Source of the DNA: Candidatus Methanoperedens sp.
Lineage (GTDB): Archaea > Halobacteriota > Methanosarcinia > Methanosarcinales > Methanoperedenaceae
NCBI GenBank assembly: GCA_041494705.1
Contig: JBGQBI010000001.1
Coordinates: 420,001-452,000 of the forward strand
DNA: 32,000 bases
Direction of reading: 5' to 3'
Shown here one piece after another: positions 8,911 through 17,192 of this stretch. How positions within the stretch are numbered: the stretch's first letter is position 1; every line of letters begins with the position of its first letter. The position numbers and the translations under genes are program-made. The notes under the pieces are model-generated. The model did not search any database. It was given only the letters and a program-made list of their open reading frames with translations, and was not told the origin of the DNA.

Positions 8911-8942
8911 GATATCACCGCAGAGGCGCAAAGTTCGCAAAG
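8911..8942 (+). repeat. Short intergenic repeat (TATCACCGCAGAGGCGCAAAG-type)
   Basis: GATATCACCGCAGAGGCGCAAAGTTCGCAAAG recurs in inverted orientation at 18273..18304. A partial copy (ACCGCAGATGAACG) sits at the window end, 31987..32000. Confidence 0.5.
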
Positions 8943-9007
8943 ATTTAAATTGCAAAACAGTTTTATACTTTAATCTTACATAGTAAGAGTAGTAAGAGAG
9001 GTAAGAC

Positions 9008-9241
9008 ATGCAATCTGTAATAATGAGCACGAAGGGACAGGTCATCATACCTGCCAGCATCAGGAAAAAGTATGGGCTTAAAAAGGGCGTGAAACTGATT
9101 ATCGAAGATGAGGATAGCTATATCAAAATTATTCCGAAGACGACTGACCTTACAAAACTTTGTGGTATATTGAAAGGGCACCTTGATTCTAGCTCTGTAA
9201 GAAAACAAATTGAAGAGATGCGCAAAGAAGACAGGTATTAG
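9008..9241 (+). CDS. vapB: AbrB/SpoVT-family antitoxin (VapB-like)
   Basis: STKGQVIIPASIRKKYGLKKGVKLIIEDED is a swapped-hairpin AbrB/SpoVT motif. Its stop directly abuts the start of the PIN gene (TAGATG). Confidence 0.75.
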   Translation: MQSVIMSTKGQVIIPASIRKKYGLKKGVKLIIEDEDSYIKIIPKTTDLTKLCGILKGHLDSSSVRKQIEEMRKEDRY

Positions 9242-9649
9242 ATGAACAGGATTCTAATCGATACAATGCATATAACCGACCTTCTGATAGAAGATTCTCA
9301 TTTTGAGTTGGCGCAGGCTGTGCGGAATAAAAAGATTACAGGATTGGTTTCAGTCATTACACTCACAGAATTGGTTAAGACCTCTGGCATGAAAAATAAA
9401 GACCTGATGTACAGTATCCTGTATCAGTTAATCTCTTCAGACCTTATTTTTGTAGATGTTACCCAGCAAATAGCAATACGCGCTGGTGAATTGCGTTTGA
9501 AATATGATATACCAACAGCAGATTCGCTGATTGCTGCTACCGGTATGGTTGAGAATGTCAGGCATATCCTGACGGATGATGAGCACTTTGAGGCTACGAA
9601 GAATTTGATCAAGCCGATTGATTTGAAGGCTGCGATGAGGTTGGTTTGA
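9242..9649 (+). CDS. vapC: PIN-domain ribonuclease toxin (VapC-like)
   Basis: 135 aa with the conserved acidic residues in PIN positions: ILIDT (Asp7), TLTELV, TADSLIAAT and LTDDEHF. Confidence 0.75.
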   Translation: MNRILIDTMHITDLLIEDSHFELAQAVRNKKITGLVSVITLTELVKTSGMKNKDLMYSILYQLISSDLIFVDVTQQIAIRAGELRLKYDIPTADSLIAATGMVENVRHILTDDEHFEATKNLIKPIDLKAAMRLV

Positions 9650-9701
9650 GAGTCTATATACACTCGATACAGATTATCATGGACTAAAAGGAGAAAAAAT
9701 A

Positions 9702-10202
9702 ATGGCTGAGTTTGATTCCAAAGGATTTTCAATACATGGCCTTTTGTGCTGTTTTGCTGAGATTTTGGATGAGTTAAAAGAGAGAAGTGTAGTTCGAACA
9801 CTAAATAATCCAGTTTCTGATTATGCTGAATGGCTTGTAGCTAAGAAGATGGATTTAAAACTGGTTTCCAATTCAAACTCAGGTTATGATGCCAAAGATG
9901 CGAAAGGTAACCGTTTTCAAATCAAATCCCGAAGACTTTCTCCAAAAAACAATTCGAGGCAACTTGGTGTCATTAGAAAACTTAACTCTAACGAGTTCGA
10001 TTATCTAATTGGTGTTATATTTAACAAGGACTTTATTGTTGAAGAAGCATATAAGATACCGCAAGGTGTAATTGACAAATTTGCCCCTTTCAATGAGCAT
10101 CAAAATGGGCATATTCTACATTTGCGTGGAGATGTTCTGAAAGCGCTAGGTGTAGAAAACATTACGAATATTATAAAAGATGACAATACAGCAACCGTAT
10201 AA
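9702..10202 (+). CDS. Hypothetical protein with a PD-(D/E)xK-like nuclease motif
   Basis: 166-aa ORF with a strong SD (AAAGGAG). GYDAKDAKGNRFQIKSRR resembles a D...(E/Q)xK restriction-endonuclease-fold core. It is AT-rich like vapBC. The family is not firmly recognised. Confidence 0.45.
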   Translation: MAEFDSKGFSIHGLLCCFAEILDELKERSVVRTLNNPVSDYAEWLVAKKMDLKLVSNSNSGYDAKDAKGNRFQIKSRRLSPKNNSRQLGVIRKLNSNEFDYLIGVIFNKDFIVEEAYKIPQGVIDKFAPFNEHQNGHILHLRGDVLKALGVENITNIIKDDNTATV

Positions 10203-10248
10203 TGTATAATAAGGGCTTTAAGCCTCACTTATTTATTGCCTCTATAAA

Positions 10249-11817
10249 CTACACCCCCACATCCATCTCCTCATCCGCCCTCACTTCCGGCGCCTCATGC
10301 TTCTCCTCATACTTTCTCTGCGCCTGCCACATCGCCGGGGCATCCTTGCTCCTGCCCTTCGTATCGCTCGTTAGTCTCTTTCTTATCCTCACAAGCGCGG
10401 GCGTATTTATCGCAACGCCTGAAATTATCGCCTGACCTTTCGCCAGGGATGGAAGCTCTGAAATCATGTCCCTGCTTGCAGACTCGATGCTCTGCGCAAT
10501 CTGCTGCTGGTCAGTGGGGTTGATTATCCGCATAGTTATCTGCGTCATGCATTGCGAGAGCGAATCCGCGTCAAGTTTACTCGGGCGCTGGGAAACAAGA
10601 CATACACCCACGCCGAACTTCCTGCCCTCAGAAAGTATGGTCTTGAGGATGCCCTTGGATTTAGCCTCGCCGCTGTGGGGCGCGAACCTGTGCGCCTCCT
10701 CAATGACCACAAACACAGGATAGGGAAGGAACTTGTCCACATGTGATTCATTGTACTTATTGTTCTCAGTCCCCTCACGCGCATCGAATAACCGGCGCAG
10801 CATGACAGAGGCTATCAACTGCTGATCTGTCACTTCGATTCCTGAGACGTCCATAATCGTAAGCTGTCCGACTTTGAAATAATCGGCAAGAGGAATGGTC
10901 TGGAAGTCGTCGAATATAGAGCCGTACAGTTTCCCGAACCGCCACAAGATGCCCTCTATCGTGGACTCATTAGAGGAATCCCGCAGTGCTTCTATCTCCT
11001 GCTTTAATTCATTCCGGGTGAACTTTTTCTTGCTGTTGTTTTTGAGATTGTGATATGCAGACCGGAAGAGCGTCTTCATCTTATCCGACATCGTTCCGTC
11101 GTCCATTATGCTGATAAAATCGCTAACTGAAAGGTCACTTATCCGAATTTTTATAGTCTCAGGTTTCACAGTTTTTACCTTTGGACGATACGATGACGTG
11201 ATGAATTCGGGCATATTCTGTATTTCGCCGAGCGTGGAGTATTCGCCGTGCGGGTCAAAAATCAGGACAGGAGCCATGTTGTAGGGTTTCAGAAGCTCTT
11301 CCACCAGGACTCCCACAGTGTACGATTTTCCCGCACCGGTAGAGGCGATAACCGACACATGCTGGCTTACTATATCCCTCACGGATAACACAATTTCCGT
11401 ATCCTCTCCAAAAACAGTTCCTACAAAGGCAGAGCCTGAGGCACCTGCTTTTACTTTACTGATGTCTTTCAGGACATCTGCTACTGCGCGCTCAATTTTA
11501 GCGCCGCAGGGGGGATTTGTTCTCGGATTAATGAACTCGCCCATCGCCGCATCAAAATAACCGACAACAGCGGCTGAATAAGAGTAGTATTTAAAATCCT
11601 GCGGGTCAAGACCGTAAAACCCTGAAATCTCATTGGCATCAAGTTCATTATCCAGAAGGAACTCCTGTGGATATTGGTTCAGCGGCTCGCCATGTTTTAC
11701 CCTGCACAGGATTTTTTTACCCGCTTCATGATAACATGCGAACATACCGGCAGGCAGCCGCTCACCCGATATGAAGGTGAATCCTTCCTCATCCGAATAG
11801 TTGACAGTCCCGATCAT
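10249..11817 (-). CDS. herA: HerA bipolar DNA helicase/ATPase (FtsK-HerA superfamily)
   Basis: It has an N-terminal barrel-like region, Walker A IASTGAGKSYTVGVL, LIFDPHGEY, Walker B FVVIEEAHRFAP, and GRKFGVGVCLVSQRPSKLD. It is collinear with Sulfolobus HerA as I remember it. Confidence 0.9.
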   Translation of the reverse strand: MIGTVNYSDEEGFTFISGERLPAGMFACYHEAGKKILCRVKHGEPLNQYPQEFLLDNELDANEISGFYGLDPQDFKYYSYSAAVVGYFDAAMGEFINPRTNPPCGAKIERAVADVLKDISKVKAGASGSAFVGTVFGEDTEIVLSVRDIVSQHVSVIASTGAGKSYTVGVLVEELLKPYNMAPVLIFDPHGEYSTLGEIQNMPEFITSSYRPKVKTVKPETIKIRISDLSVSDFISIMDDGTMSDKMKTLFRSAYHNLKNNSKKKFTRNELKQEIEALRDSSNESTIEGILWRFGKLYGSIFDDFQTIPLADYFKVGQLTIMDVSGIEVTDQQLIASVMLRRLFDAREGTENNKYNESHVDKFLPYPVFVVIEEAHRFAPHSGEAKSKGILKTILSEGRKFGVGVCLVSQRPSKLDADSLSQCMTQITMRIINPTDQQQIAQSIESASRDMISELPSLAKGQAIISGVAINTPALVRIRKRLTSDTKGRSKDAPAMWQAQRKYEEKHEAPEVRADEEMDVGV

Positions 11818-12329
11818 GTTTCCCTCTCAATATATTTCCGGACAAGCCTTAACATCGCGCTGCATTCAGGGAATCCTGCCTCAACCTGGCTAACCATGGA
11901 AAGAAGAACGTTACGTGGAAGTGCATCCCGGCTGGCATGAAAATACGCGACACTGGGTTTACCGTTTATGATATGGAATTGCTTTAGTTCTTCAGTTTTC
12001 AAAATATCAATCGTATCCTTCACCTCAGGCGGCGAGTCGATATTGTATTCCACGCTCCCGTTACGTATTACTCCAAGTCCGTGAATGACATAATAGCTGT
12101 TCCTGAAATCTTCATTGAATGGAGCATACTTGGGCTGCATTGAAGGTTCGATATAAGGAATCAGGTCTTCACGTATCGAATGCGTGATGTTTTTAATGAC
12201 CCCGACAATTATTCCCTCATCTTTTTCAATTTTAACGAACCTGCCGATGCGTTCCTTCTGGGCATCCGGCTGTATTTTCACGATATACGTATTCGCATCA
12301 TCAACCCTGATTATGTCTCCTAATACCAT
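11814..12329 (-). CDS. Extra operon member: stand-alone HAS-barrel-like small protein (hypothetical)
   Basis: 171-aa ORF. Its stop overlaps the herA start (ATGA), and its start lies 4 nt after the nurA stop with AAGGTGAT as SD. The N-terminus (LGDIIRVDDANTYIVKIQPD...IGRFVKIEKDEGIIVGVIKNI) follows the beta-barrel pattern seen at HerA N-termini. Confidence 0.7.
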   Translation of the reverse strand: MVLGDIIRVDDANTYIVKIQPDAQKERIGRFVKIEKDEGIIVGVIKNITHSIREDLIPYIEPSMQPKYAPFNEDFRNSYYVIHGLGVIRNGSVEYNIDSPPEVKDTIDILKTEELKQFHIINGKPSVAYFHASRDALPRNVLLSMVSQVEAGFPECSAMLRLVRKYIERET

Positions 12330-12333
12330 TGAA

Positions 12334-13482
12334 TCACCTTCTCATTGTCTTATGGAAATGCTTGGCGCTCTTATTAATCTTAATCCCGTGAGCCTTGCAG
12401 AAATTATCAAACATCCCGTAAAAAAGGTCATGCTCGTTCATCCGTATCACTGCGGCATCATGCGCCCGCATAAGTATATCGGGATAATTGCCCCGGATAA
12501 CACATAGGGCGCGAATGATATCCGCGAGCTTATCGATATCTTCTTTTTCATGTGCCCATGCGGGGAATTCAACACGCGAAGGAAGGCCGTTGCTCAGCCT
12601 CATGTAAAAAAACGCTATGCTATTCTTAAAAGGCCCGTAGTTATCCAGCACAGAGCTTGAAACATCGCCACGCTTGTCATCCCTGTCGCAGAGAAAAGCC
12701 GCTGTCCTTTCTCCCCACAAAAGATGGGAAAAAAGATGCGTATCCGAGAGCTTTGTCTTTTTCAACCCGAAGAGGAAATGCATCATAAGAGTGATGTCGC
12801 GCGGCATTGTGGTATCAATAAAACCGACAACGGTATTGCGTGTTTCCCTGGAAGCCGAGAGTAGCTTCACGATTGCATTGATGTATATCTCCCTGATATT
12901 CCTGTTAAGGACATTTATATGGGACAGGATAAGGGCGCCATCCAGGAGGACATAGAGCTTTTCATGTTCTTTCATTAGCCGTATGATGGTATCGCATTCC
13001 ATTGAAAAACGGCGCGCATCAACATATTCACTCCCGAATGAATACACGCTTGCAGCTTCAAACTCGCCGGGTGTAATGATGGAAGCTCCAGTTTCCTGTT
13101 TATAATCGCTATCGTCGGTATGCCTGTTAAATACGCTTGAGGTCTGGATTACTGCGATAGGAATCTCAAAATTCTTGTCCGAATATATCTGGCTTCCGTC
13201 AACAGCCCCCACTGCAACTCCTGAAAGGACAGAATCCACCCACTCCATCGCTTCGTGGCGGTTTTTCCAGTTAAAAGGAAAAGGATGAATGAGTTTTCCG
13301 GTTTCAAGGAATTTCGCTCCGCTGTATGGGGGAAGCCTTTCATTCATCGAAATATCGATATTCCTGAACTTTGTGAGCTCATTCCTGTACTCTTCTGTCA
13401 GTTCAGAGCGTTCAATATCATAAGAAATTATCGAATCAAGTTTGGCATCAAACTGTAAAGAGATGTTTTTCAGGTCAATCAT
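12334..13482 (-). CDS. nurA: NurA 5'-3' nuclease
   Basis: VGAVDGSQI and YVLLDGALI are NurA-domain catalytic Asp motifs. The 382-aa size and the position next to herA, rad50 and mre11 fit NurA. Confidence 0.8.
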   Translation of the reverse strand: MIDLKNISLQFDAKLDSIISYDIERSELTEEYRNELTKFRNIDISMNERLPPYSGAKFLETGKLIHPFPFNWKNRHEAMEWVDSVLSGVAVGAVDGSQIYSDKNFEIPIAVIQTSSVFNRHTDDSDYKQETGASIITPGEFEAASVYSFGSEYVDARRFSMECDTIIRLMKEHEKLYVLLDGALILSHINVLNRNIREIYINAIVKLLSASRETRNTVVGFIDTTMPRDITLMMHFLFGLKKTKLSDTHLFSHLLWGERTAAFLCDRDDKRGDVSSSVLDNYGPFKNSIAFFYMRLSNGLPSRVEFPAWAHEKEDIDKLADIIRALCVIRGNYPDILMRAHDAAVIRMNEHDLFYGMFDNFCKAHGIKINKSAKHFHKTMRR

Positions 13483-13592
13483 AAAGGGTTACGCCCCTTT
13501 ATGACGTCCCGAGTCACGCCTCGGGAGGGCGTGTTGGGGTATGCTTTGCATACCCCTTCGTTTGACAAAAACCTTCATAAAGTTTTTCATGT
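13479..13592 (-). repeat. Modular hairpin element, short copy, filling the whole rad50-nurA intergenic space
   Basis: 13479..13534 is 56/56 identical to the reverse complement of 18754..18809. It contains a GGGGTATGC-AAA-GCATACCCC hairpin. The termini supply the rad50 TGA and the nurA ATG, and a 33-codon ORF (13489..13590) spans the element. Confidence 0.85.
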
Positions 13593-15896
13593 CACAACCC
13601 TGCTTTCGCCATTGATTTTTTCGATTTTCACAACATGTCCGTATTTTTCATTGAAAGTATCATCATGAGAAATAACGAAAATCTGTTTGAAACCTTTGAT
13701 ATTCATTATCTGCTCCGAGAGGTTCTCTCTTCGTATTTCATCCATATTCTGCGTGGGCTCATCGAGAAACACGAAATCCGAGTTGGAAAGCATCTTAAGA
13801 AGCGCAAGTCGCAGAGCAAGCGCTGCCCCCATTTTCTCGCCTCCGCTTAGCTGCTGGAAATTTTTCTCCTCGCCGCTCTCGGTAATTATTATCCCGTAGT
13901 CCTCGCTCCATCGCAATTCCTGTGAGAAGTCGTCCATGATAGCGCAGTAAAGACCGTTCGCCTCTTCGCTTATCTCACCTATCAACTCAAGAACGATATG
14001 CTGTGCCGAATCCCGCAGTGTCTCGCGGATAAACTTCGCGTATTCACCGAACCTCTTCTCGTTTTCAAGCTTTGCCTCAAATTCACGTATCTTTGCAAGA
14101 TAGCTCATCATTTCAGCTATCTCTTTATCAAGTTTCAGGAACTGGCGGTCTTTTTCTTTTATTTCCACCTCAAAACCGCGAACTTTTGCCCCAAGCTCCA
14201 CGCACTCATGTTCGGCGCCCTCAAGCGCCTTTGCGCTAAAACCTAAAGCCATCCCGTCGTATAGCTTTTGGGATTCTGTAAGTGCTTTCTCTTCCTCAAA
14301 GATTGTTTTTCCAAGCCTCTCGCATTCATTCTTGTATTCCACATACTTTTCTGCAAGCGGCTGGTTCTGCACATATTTCTTGTAGACAGGTTCAAGTTCT
14401 GCGAGCTTTTTCTTCACCTCGCTTGCATCCATATCAAGAGAATTGTATTTTTCAAGCGCAGTTTTAAGTAGTGATGCCTCGCTTTCTTTTTCAGGGATTT
14501 TTTTGATTTCCCCGGATATTTTTTCAACATCCTGCGCACCTTTTTTGGCAAGCAGTTCCAGAGCCTTCATTTTACTTCGCGGGTCGCCCAGAACCTTTAG
14601 TTCTGAGTTCATGGCTTTCAGTGTGTCTTGCGCAGCCCCAAGTCTTTTCTGCGCGTCCGCAAGCTGCTCCCTGAAATATGAAGAGAAATCCGCCACTGTG
14701 CTGCACCTTATCCCTTTTATCACAGGGCAAAGGTTCTCAGTGCCGGCGATGCTCATCCTGCCTTTAATATCCTTAATCTCATTGAGCGCGACAGCATGTT
14801 CCCCTTTTATGGTTTCAAGCTTCTCTTCAAGCTCATCCTGCTTTTCCAATAGGGGTATGAGAGCCGTCTTTTCACAAGCGTTCTTTTCTATCTCGGCTTT
14901 CAACGCCTCAAGACTCATGCGTTTTTCATTCAATCCTGCAAGCTCATTTTTAATCCCGTTTAACCTGTCCTTCAGCACATCACGTTCTTTTCGCATGCCC
15001 TCAAGCTTTTCCTGCTTCTTTCTCTCTTCTTCGTATCTTTCTTTATCTGCCAAAAGTGCGGATACGGTCTTCTGTGCTTCTTCGGATTTCTTAAGCTCGT
15101 CTTTTGACTTTTCAAGAAGCTGCTTCAATCCCTCTATTTTTATGCGACCCTGCTTTATCTCATTTTCAAGCTTATCCATCGCATCCTTCTGCTTTTTGAG
15201 CGCATCCCGCCTGCCCTTAGCTACCTTCAGGGTCTCGCTGCACTCCTTCAGGATTTTCTTTATGCTCTCAATGGTCCTGTTAAGTTCATCCCTCTCAATC
15301 TTTTTTTGCTCATAATTCTCTGTCCTGATGCGCAGTTTCTCGATGTCATTCTCTATGCTCCTGACACCTTCATCTATCAGGCTCATCGCGTTCCTGAGAT
15401 TCTCGTAGGCATTCCTGTACTCGTCAACCTTGAGTATCTCATCGAATGTCTTTCTTCTCTTCGTTGGGGTATCCATGAATGCTGCCGTCAGCATGCCCTG
15501 CGGCACTCCAATAGTGTTTTCAAAAATATGCGGCAACTCATCTTCAGTGGATACAGGGAATATGTTGCTGATGAGCCAGGAGAGAACGTCTTTTTTGCCT
15601 GTGATATGGAGATTCTCTCCCTCGACACTGTATTCTCCACCGAGTTTTCTTGTAAGTATGTAAGTCAAATTATTTGCGAGAACTTCAACAGAAACCATAC
15701 CTGATTTTTCCCCGCGGCGCAGGAAGTCCGCATCTTTGTAGGGCAGGTAGTCAAACAGGACGTATCCGATTGCTTCGAGGATGGTGGTTTTCCCGTGCCC
15801 GTTCTGGCCGCAGATGCCGTTTATGCCCTCCTTGAACTCGATGGTTGCATGACGGTAGGATTTGATGTTTTTTAATTCCACGGATTTGATAAGCAT
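13587..15896 (-). CDS. rad50: Rad50 ATPase (SMC-like), short coiled coil, non-canonical hook
   Basis: Walker A GQNGHGKTT, a long Glu/Lys-rich coiled coil, signature LSGGEKMGAALALRLAL, Walker B FVFLDEPTQNMD, and H-loop ISHDD. The start abuts the mre11 stop. Confidence 0.9.
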   Translation of the reverse strand: MLIKSVELKNIKSYRHATIEFKEGINGICGQNGHGKTTILEAIGYVLFDYLPYKDADFLRRGEKSGMVSVEVLANNLTYILTRKLGGEYSVEGENLHITGKKDVLSWLISNIFPVSTEDELPHIFENTIGVPQGMLTAAFMDTPTKRRKTFDEILKVDEYRNAYENLRNAMSLIDEGVRSIENDIEKLRIRTENYEQKKIERDELNRTIESIKKILKECSETLKVAKGRRDALKKQKDAMDKLENEIKQGRIKIEGLKQLLEKSKDELKKSEEAQKTVSALLADKERYEEERKKQEKLEGMRKERDVLKDRLNGIKNELAGLNEKRMSLEALKAEIEKNACEKTALIPLLEKQDELEEKLETIKGEHAVALNEIKDIKGRMSIAGTENLCPVIKGIRCSTVADFSSYFREQLADAQKRLGAAQDTLKAMNSELKVLGDPRSKMKALELLAKKGAQDVEKISGEIKKIPEKESEASLLKTALEKYNSLDMDASEVKKKLAELEPVYKKYVQNQPLAEKYVEYKNECERLGKTIFEEEKALTESQKLYDGMALGFSAKALEGAEHECVELGAKVRGFEVEIKEKDRQFLKLDKEIAEMMSYLAKIREFEAKLENEKRFGEYAKFIRETLRDSAQHIVLELIGEISEEANGLYCAIMDDFSQELRWSEDYGIIITESGEEKNFQQLSGGEKMGAALALRLALLKMLSNSDFVFLDEPTQNMDEIRRENLSEQIMNIKGFKQIFVISHDDTFNEKYGHVVKIEKINGESRVVT

Positions 15897-17192
15897 TTAT
15901 TCCCCCATGCGTGAAAGTAAGGTCTGTTGGGGATTTTCCGTCTTATCTGTCCTGGTATTATTTTCTGAGGCACCGCTTTTTATTTTCGCAAAGCTCCATC
16001 TCAATTCTTTAAGGACTGAGTTCACTTCGACATTCGCAGCAGCCATCTTTTTCACTTCGACCATTATCTTTACGACATCATCCACATTATCCCTGTACCT
16101 CCCGTCAAGTTTTATCCGGTCTGAGAATACACGAAGCTCTATCTGCTCGCGCGTGAGCCCGCGCACGTCCCCCTCTTTGATGGCATACGGCGAATTTGTC
16201 CGCTGGAGCTTGACCTCGGACCAAAGGGGTTTAAATTGTTCGATGAGCATATCCCTGATGCGCTCCAGGTTCACATCGGATTTCGGGAAGTTCATCTCTC
16301 CATAGAGCATAAGTTCGACAAGCGGTGCCTTATCTGATTGGACTGTGGTCTCTCTTTCGATTTTTGCGTTGACTTTTGAATAAAGGTCTTCGGGAGTGGC
16401 AATATCGCTCATATCAAGCCTGATGCGCCTGACGGGACGGGTAATGGGGGATATGAGTTTCGCACCATTATCCCTGACATGATAGAACCCTTTTGGCAGG
16501 TCGTACTCGTTCAAGGACATCATTTCAATGCTGCCGGGGTTGAAAACCCATTCATCAAGTTCATATTGCGTATGATAATGCCCGAGCGCAAGGTAATTCA
16601 CTGTTTCCTTCAGAGGGAGGAGAGAATTGTATGGAATTTCCCCCGCAACTTCCTGCTTTACCTGTCCTTCCATGCCAAAGTGCATCATAAGGATGGTGAA
16701 TTTTTCTCCCCTTTCTGCATTTATTTTTTTTATCTCATCAGCTATCTCTGGGATTATGGAAGCTGTGCTTGCGCCAAGGTATTTCACCCCGAAGATGCGG
16801 AAATTATCCAGCTCGACGAAGTCGCCCATCAGTTTCACACCATTGGCTTCTTTCAGCCTTATGAGCCGGAGCAGCCCCTGTGAATTGAGTATCTCAAGCC
16901 AGCTCTTGCCGTCCTGGTGGAAGGCGAGGTCGTGGTTCCCTTCGATGGCATAGACCGCAGTGGCAGGGCTTTTCGCTTTCAGTTCAGAGAGAACCTTATA
17001 CGCCTGCTCATATGTGGGCGCGTTTATGTTCCGTTTGTGGAACAGGTCGCCTGAGATGAGGATGAACTCGACTTTGTGGTCGATGGCGTATGTTATGACT
17101 GAATGGAAGGCGCGGGCGTAGTCGCGGAAGCGCTCGATGAGTCCGTACTGGGCATATCCGAGGTGGAAGTCGCTCGCGTGCAGGAAGTTCAT
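15897..17192 (-). CDS. mre11: Mre11 nuclease (calcineurin-like phosphoesterase)
   Basis: FLHASDFHLG, SGDLFH, IEGNHD, MMHFG and LGHYH are phosphoesterase motifs I-V. It lies directly upstream of rad50. Confidence 0.9.
   Translation of the reverse strand: MNFLHASDFHLGYAQYGLIERFRDYARAFHSVITYAIDHKVEFILISGDLFHKRNINAPTYEQAYKVLSELKAKSPATAVYAIEGNHDLAFHQDGKSWLEILNSQGLLRLIRLKEANGVKLMGDFVELDNFRIFGVKYLGASTASIIPEIADEIKKINAERGEKFTILMMHFGMEGQVKQEVAGEIPYNSLLPLKETVNYLALGHYHTQYELDEWVFNPGSIEMMSLNEYDLPKGFYHVRDNGAKLISPITRPVRRIRLDMSDIATPEDLYSKVNAKIERETTVQSDKAPLVELMLYGEMNFPKSDVNLERIRDMLIEQFKPLWSEVKLQRTNSPYAIKEGDVRGLTREQIELRVFSDRIKLDGRYRDNVDDVVKIMVEVKKMAAANVEVNSVLKELRWSFAKIKSGASENNTRTDKTENPQQTLLSRMGE

Noticed and set aside
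10202-10435. 77-aa + strand ORF starting right after the nuclease-like gene.
   Set aside because: It mostly overlaps the herA 3' end in antisense, and it is low-complexity and hydrophobic. It is probably spurious.
14443-15315. 290-aa + strand ORF, Ser/Phe/Leu-rich.
   Set aside because: It lies entirely antisense to the rad50 coiled-coil region. Its low-complexity composition is the mirror image of Glu/Lys-rich codons. It has no motifs.
13587-17192. Alternative reading of the nuclease/ATPase pair as bacterial SbcCD rather than Mre11-Rad50.
   Set aside because: Operon linkage to nurA and herA is the archaeal signature. The atypical hook and short coiled coil nevertheless mean that a phylogeny should confirm this.
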